A DNA stretch of 64,000 nucleotides from Gammaproteobacteria bacterium. GTDB taxonomy: Bacteria > Pseudomonadota > Gammaproteobacteria > Natronospirales > JAJUFS01. The stretch's first letter is position 1; each line of letters opens with the position of its first letter. The notes below the pieces were generated by a model. It saw only the letters and a program-made list of their open reading frames with translations, ran no database searches and was not told the origin of the DNA. Below are positions 11,831-19,197 of the stretch, one piece after another. The stretch spans positions 3,310 through 67,309 of the forward strand of contig JAWWBS010000001.1 in NCBI GenBank assembly GCA_033720895.1. The letters run 5' to 3'. Both the position numbers and the translations under genes were made by a program.

Positions 11831-11873
11831 CCCACGGTCCTTTCAAGACCGGTTTCAGCGGAGATTTCTGATA

Positions 11874-12563
11874 ATGGCGGCGAAGAAGAAAGCCACTAAG
11901 AAGGCAGCTAGCAAGAAGAAGGCCACGACCAAGGCCTCCAGCAAGAAAAAAGCTGCAAGCAAGAAGACGGCAGCCAAGAAGGCCCCGGCAAAGAAAAAAG
12001 CTGCGGCCAAGAAGGCGGCTCCCAAGAAAAAGGCTGCTGCCAAGAAAGCTGCGCCCAAGAAGAAGGCGGCGGCCAAGCAGGCTGCGCCGAAAAAGAAGCC
12101 GGCCACCAAGCGCAAGTCCAAGGGACTGGCCGCTGCCGGTGGTGCTGCTGCCGAACACCTTGGCTTCACGCCCTACCAGCAGAAGAAGTCCGAGGAGTAC
12201 ATGAGCGATGCCATGCTCGATCACTTCCGGGAGATTCTTAAGGCCTGGAAGCGCGAGCTGATGGAGGAAGTGGATCGCACCGTGCACCACATGCAGGACG
12301 AGGCAGCCAACTTCCCGGATCCGAACGATCGTGCCACGCAGGAATCCGAGTTCTCGCTGGAACTCCGGACCCGCGACCGCGAACGCAAGCTGATCAAGAA
12401 GATCGACTCCTCGATTCGCCACATCGATGCCGACGACTACGGCTTCTGCGAAACCTGTGGTGTCGAGATCGGTGTGCGCCGGCTGGAGGCACGACCGACC
12501 GCAGACCAGTGCATCGACTGCAAGACGCTGGACGAAATTCGCGAAAAGCAGATGCGCAACTGA
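11874..12563 (+). CDS. dksA: RNA polymerase-binding transcription factor DksA with a Lys/Ala/Pro-rich histone-H1-like N-terminal extension
   Basis: The C-terminal ~135 aa are collinear with E. coli DksA: PYQ..EEYM, HMQDEAANFPDPNDRATQE (DxxDxA tip), RDRERKLIKKI, and the C4 zinc finger CETC-x17-CIDC. Residues 1-~85 are AKKA/KKKA low complexity. GGAGA sits 9 nt upstream of the ATG. Confidence 0.9.
   Translation: MAAKKKATKKAASKKKATTKASSKKKAASKKTAAKKAPAKKKAAAKKAAPKKKAAAKKAAPKKKAAAKQAAPKKKPATKRKSKGLAAAGGAAAEHLGFTPYQQKKSEEYMSDAMLDHFREILKAWKRELMEEVDRTVHHMQDEAANFPDPNDRATQESEFSLELRTRDRERKLIKKIDSSIRHIDADDYGFCETCGVEIGVRRLEARPTADQCIDCKTLDEIREKQMRN
11973..12104 (+). repeat. Four imperfect 33-bp (11-codon) tandem repeats encoding AKKA(A/P)(P/A)KKKAA within the dksA 5' region
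   Basis: The units are AKKAPAKKKAA, AKKAAPKKKAA, AKKAAPKKKAA and AKQAAPKKKPA. They differ mostly at synonymous positions. Confidence 0.85.
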
Positions 12564-12581
12564 GCATCACGCACTCACTGC

Positions 12582-12610
12582 AAAACGGGGCCTTGCGCCC
12601 CGTTTTCGTT
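12582..12610 (+). terminator. Rho-independent terminator between dksA and gluQ
   Basis: aaaacggggc-cttgc-gccccgtttt followed by cgttt. It ends 9 nt before the first candidate gluQ start. Confidence 0.8.
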
Positions 12611-12618
12611 TCCACGCT

Positions 12619-13533
12619 ATGATTGCCCGCATGCCGGAATCACCCGATTACATAGGTCGCTTCGCCCCCTCGCCTACCGGCGAACTGCACATGGGCAGCC
12701 TGGTTGCCGCGGTTGTGTCCTTTCTTGATGCCCGCAGCCATGCTGGCCGCTGGCACCTGCGGATCGAGAACCTTGACCCGCCACGCGAAGTGGACGGCAG
12801 TGCAGCGAGCATCTGCCGCGCACTGGAAACCCTCGGTTTCCAGTGGGATGGCAACATCGTTTTCCAGTCCGACCGTGACGCCGCCTACCAGCAGGCCTTC
12901 GAATACCTGAAGCAACGCGACCTGGTCTACCCCTGCATCTGCTCCCGCAAGGAGATCGCTGCCGTGGCAGCGGATGGCATCGAAGGCCCGGTCTATCCGG
13001 GCACCTGCCGTGCCGGCCTGCCAAGACAGCGGCCGCGGCAGGCCTGGCGCATGCGCACCGACAACGCCCCGATCCGCATCATGGATCGCTGGCAAGGCGA
13101 GCAGCTGCAACGCCTCGAGCGCGACATCGGCGACTTCGTCATCCTCCGAGCCGATGGCTACTGGGCCTACCAGCTGGCCGTGGTCGTGGATGATGCAGAG
13201 CTGGGAGTGACCGACGTGGTCAGGGGCACCGACCTGCTGCTGTCCACACCCCGCCAGGCCTGGATCTACCAGCAACTCGACTGGCCCGTTCCGCGCTACG
13301 CCCACCACCCGCTGCTGCTCACCGCGGCCGGCGACAAATACGCCAAGCAAGGCGGCAGCCCGGGCATCGACCTCCAGGCCCCCGGACGGGCACTCCACCA
13401 GGCCCTGGACCTGCTTGGCCAGCAGCCCCCAGCCGAGCTGGCTGGCGCCCCGGTCGAAGAGATCTGGGCCTGGGCCCTGCCCGCCTGGAATCCCGCCAGC
13501 TTCACCCACGAGGCGGCGCTGGGCCCACTTTGA
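12619..13533 (+). CDS. gluQ: Glutamyl-Q tRNA(Asp) synthetase (GluRS paralogue lacking the anticodon-binding domain)
   Basis: MIARMPESPDYIGRFAPSPTGELHMGSLVAAV... has the GluRS catalytic-domain signature. Its ~300 aa size and position immediately downstream of dksA match E. coli. The start is ATG 12619 or 12631. Confidence 0.88.
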   Translation: MIARMPESPDYIGRFAPSPTGELHMGSLVAAVVSFLDARSHAGRWHLRIENLDPPREVDGSAASICRALETLGFQWDGNIVFQSDRDAAYQQAFEYLKQRDLVYPCICSRKEIAAVAADGIEGPVYPGTCRAGLPRQRPRQAWRMRTDNAPIRIMDRWQGEQLQRLERDIGDFVILRADGYWAYQLAVVVDDAELGVTDVVRGTDLLLSTPRQAWIYQQLDWPVPRYAHHPLLLTAAGDKYAKQGGSPGIDLQAPGRALHQALDLLGQQPPAELAGAPVEEIWAWALPAWNPASFTHEAALGPL

Positions 13534-13613
13534 TGGGCATCCAGGCCCAGTTTGATACCTCGGCATCCAGGCCGTCGATTTTTCTGCATTTCTCGGGAAC
13601 TCGCCCGTCCAGG

Positions 13614-13655
13614 CCCTGTCTGACAGGGAAACAGCAAGCAACCGCTGTTGCTTGC
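13614..13655. promoter_or_regulatory. Two adjacent perfect palindromes upstream of the phaR-like gene (operator or hairpin candidates)
   Basis: ccctgtc-t-gacaggg (13614-13628) and gcaagcaac-cgct-gttgcttgc (13634-13655). No T-tract follows, so they are not classic terminators. Confidence 0.4.
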
Positions 13656-13684
13656 AGAACTTTCTCACGGGGCAGGAATACCGG

Positions 13685-14026
13685 ATGAGCAGCAGAATCA
13701 TCAAGAAATACCCGAATCGTCGCCTTTACGACACGCAGGAAAGCCGATACATCACCCTGGCCGAGATTCGGCAGCTGGTGGATCAGCAAGTTCCGTTCCA
13801 GGTGATCGAGCGGCGCAGCGACACCGACATCACCACCTCGGTGCTGCTGCAGGTCGTCAGCGAACTCGAAAGCACCGACGCCCGACTGCTGGGCCCGGAA
13901 GTCCTGGGCGCATTGATTCGCGCGTATGGCGCCTACCAGCAGAACGAAGTCGAACCCCAGCTGCTTGGCGCACTGCGCGAGCTGCCCGAGCCGGCGAACG
14001 TGCCGCGCGTCGCACAACACGCCTGA
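13685..14026 (+). CDS. PhaR-like (PHA synthesis repressor family) DNA-binding protein, short form
   Basis: MSSRIIKKYPNRRLYDTQESRYITLAEIRQLV is the PhaR N-terminal DNA-binding signature. It is followed by one PHB_acc-like segment (DITTSVLLQVVSELE). At 113 aa it is shorter than typical PhaR. AGGAA lies upstream of ATG 13685. Confidence 0.75.
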   Translation: MSSRIIKKYPNRRLYDTQESRYITLAEIRQLVDQQVPFQVIERRSDTDITTSVLLQVVSELESTDARLLGPEVLGALIRAYGAYQQNEVEPQLLGALRELPEPANVPRVAQHA

Positions 14027-14050
14027 TTTCTCTACAATCCCCCCTTGTAT

Positions 14051-14078
14051 CCGGCCGCATCTGCGGCCGGCGTTTTAT
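14051..14078 (+). terminator. Rho-independent terminator after the phaR-like gene
   Basis: ccggccgc-atct-gcggccgg followed by cgttttat. Confidence 0.6.
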
Positions 14079-14104
14079 GAGCCACTGCCACAGCGGCAAA
14101 GGGA

Positions 14105-15082
14105 TTGTCCGTGCTGAAACGCAGCGACTTCAAACCGGCCTGGTGGCTGTCCAACCGCCACCTGCAGACCATTGTTCCCAACATACTCAGACCACAGCCG
14201 GATCTCGCGATACGACGCGAACGCATCGAGCTGCCGGATGGTGATTTCGTGGATGCCGACTGGGTCGCCGGCGGTCGTGTCGATGCGCCGATCGTCATCC
14301 TGCTGCATGGCCTGGAAGGCTCGATCAAGTCGCGCTACGCGGGCTGGATGCTGAAAAAGCTTTCCGACGCCGGCTACCGCGCGGTCATCATGCATTCGCG
14401 CAGTTGCTCGGGTGAAATCAATCGGCTGCCGCAGTCCTACCACTCGGGACAGACCCGCGACTTCGAATTCTTTTTCAAGCTGTTGAAAGAGCGCGAGCCG
14501 GACGCGCCGCTGGCTGCCATCGGTTACTCGCTGTCCGGCAATGCCATTCTCAAGTGGCTGGCCGACAACCCGCAGCAGGACCTGCTGGTCACCGGGGTCG
14601 CCGTCTCCGTGCCGTTCGATCTGAAGGCCTGCTCCGAATTCATCAATCGCGGCTTCTCGAAGGTCTACCAGGCCCACCTGATGCTGAAGATGAAGAAGAC
14701 GGCCCGGGCCAAGCGACACCTGTTCGAACAGGAGGGACTCGAACCGGACATTGCCAGCCTCAGGACCTTCCGGCAGTTCGACAATGCCCTGACCGCGCCC
14801 CTGCATGGCTTCGCGGATGCCGACGATTACTATGCACGCTGCAGTTCACGGCCCCTGGTCAGGCACATCGGTACGCCTACCCTGATCATCCACGCCAAGG
14901 ACGACCCCTTCATGTCGCCGGCCACACCGCCTACCGACGACATGCTTGCCGATGCTGTCACGCTGGAGCTGGCAGAGGGTGGTGGTCACGTCGGCTTTGT
15001 CGGCGGCCGCTGGCCATGGCAGCCTCGCTATTACCTCGAGGAGCGCATACCCGCCTACCTCAGGGAGCACCTGCCACTCTGA
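14105..15082 (+). CDS. YheT-type alpha/beta-fold hydrolase
   Basis: 325 aa. FKPAWWLSNRHLQTIVPN, the HGLEGS oxyanion region, the GYSLSGN nucleophile elbow and a C-terminal GGHVGF are present. The start is uncertain (TTG 14105 or GTG 14111). Confidence 0.75.
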   Translation: MSVLKRSDFKPAWWLSNRHLQTIVPNILRPQPDLAIRRERIELPDGDFVDADWVAGGRVDAPIVILLHGLEGSIKSRYAGWMLKKLSDAGYRAVIMHSRSCSGEINRLPQSYHSGQTRDFEFFFKLLKEREPDAPLAAIGYSLSGNAILKWLADNPQQDLLVTGVAVSVPFDLKACSEFINRGFSKVYQAHLMLKMKKTARAKRHLFEQEGLEPDIASLRTFRQFDNALTAPLHGFADADDYYARCSSRPLVRHIGTPTLIIHAKDDPFMSPATPPTDDMLADAVTLELAEGGGHVGFVGGRWPWQPRYYLEERIPAYLREHLPL

Positions 15083-15101
15083 GACATCCTTCCGCGCAAA
15101 G

Positions 15102-15133
15102 AAAAAGGCCGACCCGCAAGGGTCGGCCTTCTT
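15102..15133. terminator. Bidirectional rho-independent terminator between the hydrolase gene and pnp
   Basis: aaaaaggccgaccc-gcaa-gggtcggccttctt. The GNRA-type loop is flanked by an A-tract and a T-tract. Confidence 0.8.
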
Positions 15134-15155
15134 GCATGCAGCAGTCGAAACCGAA

Positions 15156-17255
15156 TCAGGCAGATTCGGCTTCGGCGTCGACGGCCTTCATGGACAGGCG
15201 GATACGGCCCTGCTTGTCCACTTCCAGCACCTTGACGCGCACTTCGTCGCCTTCGCTGAGCTTGTCGGAAACCTTTTCGACACGCTCATCGGAGATCTGC
15301 GAGATGTGCACGAGTCCGTCACGACCCGGCAGGATCGTCACGAATGCGCCGAAGTCCATCAGCTTGACGACCTTGCCTTCGTAGATGCGACCGACTTCGA
15401 CATCAGCCGTGATCTCTTCGATGCGATGCTTGGCTTCTTCACCAGCAGCACGATCGACCGAAGCGATCTTGATGGTGCCGTCGTCCTGGATGTCGATGGT
15501 CGCACCGGTCTCTTCGGTCAGCTGGCGAATCACCGCACCACCCTTGCCGATCACGTCGCGGATCTTGTCCGTGTGGATCTTCATGGTGATGATGCGCGGT
15601 GCCCAGTCGGACATCTCGGTACGCGGCTTGTCGATGACCTTGTTCATCTCGCCGAGGATGTGCAGACGCGCATCCTTGGCCTGCGACAGGGCGTCCTGCA
15701 TGATTTCCGGCGTGATGCCCTGGATCTTGATATCCATCTGCAACGCGGACACGCCGTCTTCGGTACCGGCCACCTTGAAGTCCATGTCACCGAGGTGATC
15801 CTCGTCACCGAGGATGTCGGTCAGGACGGCGTAGCGGTTGTCTTCCTTTACCAGGCCCATGGCCACACCAGCCACCGGCGCCTTGATCGGCACACCGGCA
15901 TCCATCAGCGACAGCGAGGTGCCGCAGACCGATGCCATGGAGCTGGAGCCGTTCGACTCGGTGATTTCAGAGACGACGCGGATGACGTATGGATACTCTT
16001 CCATGTCCGGCATGACGGCCATGATGCCGCGCTTGGCAAGACGACCGTGGCCGATCTCGCGACGCTTCGGCGAACCGACGAAACCGGTTTCGCCCACGCA
16101 GTACGGCGGGAAGTTGTAATGCAACATGAACGGCTCTTTGCGTTCGCCTTCGATGGCATCGATGATCTGTGCATCGCGGCCGGTGCCCAGGGTGGTCACG
16201 ACGATCGCCTGCGTTTCACCGCGGGTGAACAGCGCCGAACCATGGGTGCGCGGCAGCGCGCCGGTCTTGACGAAAATCGGACGTACGGTACGGGTGTCGC
16301 GACCGTCGATTCGCGGCTCGCCCGACAGGACGCGTTCGCGCACGGTGGTGTACTCGATGTCGTGGAAGACTTCGGCCACGGCCTTTGCATCGAACTTCGG
16401 CGTCTCGCCGCCGGCCAGTTCCTCGAGCACGCGCTCGCGGATTTCGCCGAGCTTGTCGCCACGTTCCTGCTTGTCGGCAACCTGGTAGGCCGCATTGATG
16501 TCGGCACCGCACGCCGCCTTGACCGCTTCGACGAGCGCCTTGTCCGCTTCCGGACCCTGCCAGTCCCAGCGCGGCTTGCCGCACTCGGCAGCCAGTTCCT
16601 TGATGCACTTGATGGCTTCCTGCATGGCTTCGTGGCCAAACAGCACGGCACCCAGCATCACGTCTTCCGGCAGGCACTTGGCTTCGGATTCGACCATCAG
16701 CACGGCACCTTCGGTACCGGCGACCACCAGGTCGAGGTCCGAATCAGCCAGCTGGCTGAACGTCGGGTTCAGCAGGTAGTGGCCGTCCTTGTAACCGACG
16801 CGTGCAGCGCCGATCGGGCCGTCAAACGGGATACCCGACAGCGCGAGCGCTGCGGAGGCACCGATCATGGCCGGGATGTCCGGGTCCACGTCCGGGTTCA
16901 TCGACACGACAGTGGCAATGACCTGGACTTCGTTCTTGAATCCTTCCGGGAACAGCGGGCGGATCGGGCGATCGATCAGGCGCGAGGTCAGGGTTTCCTT
17001 CTCGGAAGGACGACCTTCACGCTTGAAGAAACCACCTGGGATCTTGCCGGCTGCGTAGGTCTTTTCCTGGTAGTTGACCGTCAGCGGGAAGAAACCCTGG
17101 TCCGGGTTGGCTTTCTTGCGGCCGACAGCCGTGACCAGCACGACGGTATCGGACATGTTGACCAGAACGGCACCGTCAGCCTGACGGGCGATCTCGCCGG
17201 TTTCGATGGAAACGGTGTGCTCACCGTACTGGAAGGACTTCTTGATGGATTTCAC
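15156..17255 (-). CDS. pnp: Polyribonucleotide nucleotidyltransferase (PNPase)
   Basis: 699 aa with a GTG start. Two RNase PH domains are followed by KH and S1 domains ([20 protein letters not shown]). Confidence 0.97.
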   Translation of the reverse strand: MKSIKKSFQYGEHTVSIETGEIARQADGAVLVNMSDTVVLVTAVGRKKANPDQGFFPLTVNYQEKTYAAGKIPGGFFKREGRPSEKETLTSRLIDRPIRPLFPEGFKNEVQVIATVVSMNPDVDPDIPAMIGASAALALSGIPFDGPIGAARVGYKDGHYLLNPTFSQLADSDLDLVVAGTEGAVLMVESEAKCLPEDVMLGAVLFGHEAMQEAIKCIKELAAECGKPRWDWQGPEADKALVEAVKAACGADINAAYQVADKQERGDKLGEIRERVLEELAGGETPKFDAKAVAEVFHDIEYTTVRERVLSGEPRIDGRDTRTVRPIFVKTGALPRTHGSALFTRGETQAIVVTTLGTGRDAQIIDAIEGERKEPFMLHYNFPPYCVGETGFVGSPKRREIGHGRLAKRGIMAVMPDMEEYPYVIRVVSEITESNGSSSMASVCGTSLSLMDAGVPIKAPVAGVAMGLVKEDNRYAVLTDILGDEDHLGDMDFKVAGTEDGVSALQMDIKIQGITPEIMQDALSQAKDARLHILGEMNKVIDKPRTEMSDWAPRIITMKIHTDKIRDVIGKGGAVIRQLTEETGATIDIQDDGTIKIASVDRAAGEEAKHRIEEITADVEVGRIYEGKVVKLMDFGAFVTILPGRDGLVHISQISDERVEKVSDKLSEGDEVRVKVLEVDKQGRIRLSMKAVDAEAESA

Positions 17256-17285
17256 GTTAAGTACTCTCTCTTTGGTTACCTACAA

Positions 17286-17332
17286 CTTCCTGCCGGCCCT
17301 CCGGCGGAAGTGCGTTTCGACCCTCGAAACGC
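17286..17332 (-). promoter_or_regulatory. pnp 5' leader hairpins (candidate RNase III / autoregulation structures)
   Basis: Two hairpins on the minus strand lie between the rpsO terminator and the pnp RBS: gcgtttcga-ggg-tcgaaacgc and cttccgccgg-aggg-ccggc(a)ggaag. Confidence 0.45.
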
Positions 17333-17371
17333 AAAAACGCAGAAACCGGGGTTGAGTCCGGTTCCTGCGTT
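17333..17371 (-). terminator. rpsO rho-independent terminator
   Basis: Minus strand: aacgcaggaaccgg-actcaacc-ccggtttctgcgtt followed by ttttgcg. Confidence 0.7.
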
Positions 17372-17407
17372 ACAAGCTATTCGTGGATCACGTTCAGTGG
17401 GAAGCGC

Positions 17408-17677
17408 TTAGCGGCGCAGGCCCAGTCGCTTGATCAGATCCTGGTAGCGGTCGCGGTTCTTGCTCTTCAGGTAATCGAGCAGCTTGCGACGCTGGTTGAC
17501 CATCTTCAGCAGGCCACGACGCGAGTGGTGATCATGCTTGTGGTCGGCAAAGTGACCCGTCAATTCGTTGATACGTGCGGAAAGGAGTGCAACCTGCACT
17601 TCCGGCGAACCGGTATCGCCCTCGCCCGTCTTGTACTCGGCGATGATTTCCTGCTTCTTTTCTACTGTCAAAGGCAT
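17408..17677 (-). CDS. rpsO: 30S ribosomal protein S15
   Basis: Start at ATG 17677. [43 protein letters not shown]..., 89 aa. Confidence 0.97.
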   Translation of the reverse strand: MPLTVEKKQEIIAEYKTGEGDTGSPEVQVALLSARINELTGHFADHKHDHHSRRGLLKMVNQRRKLLDYLKSKNRDRYQDLIKRLGLRR

Positions 17678-17738
17678 TTCAATATTTCCTATGGTTACCA
17701 GGGACCCGACTGCGCTAAGCCCCGAGAATGAGCCGCGT

Positions 17739-17767
17739 ATTTTAGCGGCGTGCAAGGCCTGTCACAA
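17739..17767 (-). promoter_or_regulatory. Sigma-70-like promoter candidate for rpsO
   Basis: Minus strand: TTGTGA, 17 bp spacer, TAAAAT. It lies ~60 nt upstream of the rpsO start. Confidence 0.45.
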
Positions 17768-17860
17768 GCCAAAATGCGCCCTGACAGACCAGAAAAAGCG
17801 TTAAAAATCCGATAATTACGATATTTCGACCAAAAACCGCCCCGGCAGGCCGCAAAATCC

Positions 17861-18772
17861 TCAGCTCATCAGGCGTTTTGGCGCAATCCGGCCATCGTCG
17901 GCGACCTCGCCGATGCCGAGGAAATTGCCCGCTTCGGCATACAGGCGCACCTCGCCTTCGCTCGGCGCCTGCGGCACCTGCACGGCCTGGCCATGCATGA
18001 CGTAATGCGCCAGGTCCTCGTTGAGACGCAACAACGGCCAGTCCGCAACCGGGCTGTCCACCGGCAGCAGGCGCTGGTCCAGCGCCGCATGGCCGCCCTC
18101 GTCGCGCACGGCCTCGAGCTCTTCCAGCGACAGCATGGGGCGCTTTTCGAATGGCCCGACACCCAGTCGTCGCAGCTCGGTCACGTGCGCAACGGTACCC
18201 AGCGCCTCGGCGATGTCCTCAACCAGGCTGCGAATGTAGGTGCCCTTGGAGCAACGCACGTCCAGGCTGAACGACTCCTGGTCGAGCGCTTCCAGAGACA
18301 GGGAATAGATTCGGATCCGGCGCGCCTTGCGCTCGACCTCTCCGCCAGCACGGGCGATGTCGTACAGCCGCTTGCCCTCGTGCTTCAGCGCCGAGTACAT
18401 CGGCGGAACCTGCTCGATGGCACCGGTAAACTGTTCCAGCACGGTCAGCACCGCGGCCTCTTCCATTGCAGGCACCGGCATGGATTCGATGACCTTGCCC
18501 TCGGCGTCGGCCGTGTCGGTGCGTTCGCCAAGCTTCGCGGTAACACGATAGTGCTTGTCGGCGTCCAGGAGAAAAGCGGAAAACTTGGTGGCATTGCCGA
18601 GGCAGATGGGCAGCATGCCGGTCGCCAGCGGGTCGAGGCTCCCCGTGTGGCCGGCCTTGGCCGCGCCAAACATGTGCTTGACGGCCTGCAGTGCGCGATT
18701 GGATGTCATGCCGGTGGACTTGTCCAGCAACAACACTCCATCAATCGACCTGCCCTTGCGACGCCTGGCCAT
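17861..18772 (-). CDS. truB: tRNA pseudouridine(55) synthase TruB
   Basis: 303 aa. [14 protein letters not shown]...[17 protein letters not shown] contains the catalytic Asp motif. The start overlaps the rbfA stop (ATGA). Confidence 0.95.
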   Translation of the reverse strand: MARRRKGRSIDGVLLLDKSTGMTSNRALQAVKHMFGAAKAGHTGSLDPLATGMLPICLGNATKFSAFLLDADKHYRVTAKLGERTDTADAEGKVIESMPVPAMEEAAVLTVLEQFTGAIEQVPPMYSALKHEGKRLYDIARAGGEVERKARRIRIYSLSLEALDQESFSLDVRCSKGTYIRSLVEDIAEALGTVAHVTELRRLGVGPFEKRPMLSLEELEAVRDEGGHAALDQRLLPVDSPVADWPLLRLNEDLAHYVMHGQAVQVPQAPSEGEVRLYAEAGNFLGIGEVADDGRIAPKRLMS

Positions 18773-19170
18773 CAGTCGGACGATTCCTCGTCTGCGTCGG
18801 TATTGCTGTTTTCTTCATCACGCTTGCGCGCAGTGGCAATCAGGGCATCCATGTGTGCGCCCTTGGCCAAGCTGTCGTCATAGAGGAAGCGCAGTTCCGG
18901 CACGTGACGCATGCGCAGGGACTTGCCCAGCTCGCGACGCAGGAAGCCGGCCGCTCGATTCAAGGCCTGCGTGCTTTCCTTGATGGCATCCGCGTCTTCG
19001 TCAAGCCGGCTGAAGAAAACCTTGGCATAGGCCAGGTCCTTCGACAGCTCGACCTCGGTCACGGAAACATCCTGCGCGCGGGGGTCCTTCACCTGCCAGC
19101 GCACGAGCTCGCTGAGCTCGCGACGCAATTGCTCGGCTACGCGTGTACTGCGGGAATATTCCTTGGGCAT
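18772..19170 (-). CDS. rbfA: Ribosome-binding factor A
   Basis: 132 aa. [22 protein letters not shown] is followed by an acidic C-terminal tail. It sits in the infB-rbfA-truB context. Confidence 0.92.
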   Translation of the reverse strand: MPKEYSRSTRVAEQLRRELSELVRWQVKDPRAQDVSVTEVELSKDLAYAKVFFSRLDEDADAIKESTQALNRAAGFLRRELGKSLRMRHVPELRFLYDDSLAKGAHMDALIATARKRDEENSNTDADEESSD

Positions 19171-19197
19171 CTCGTCGCTCTCGGCAGTTCACGAACC

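Noticed and set aside
11821-11837. LexA/SOS-box-like sequence CTGTATAAACCCACGG overlapping the dksA -10 region.
   Set aside because: The distal half-site is CGG, not the CAG required by the CTG-N10-CAG consensus. I also found no comparable box in front of recN (57990-58025), which should be the strongest SOS gene if this organism used the E. coli-type box. It is most likely just the TATAAA -10 element.
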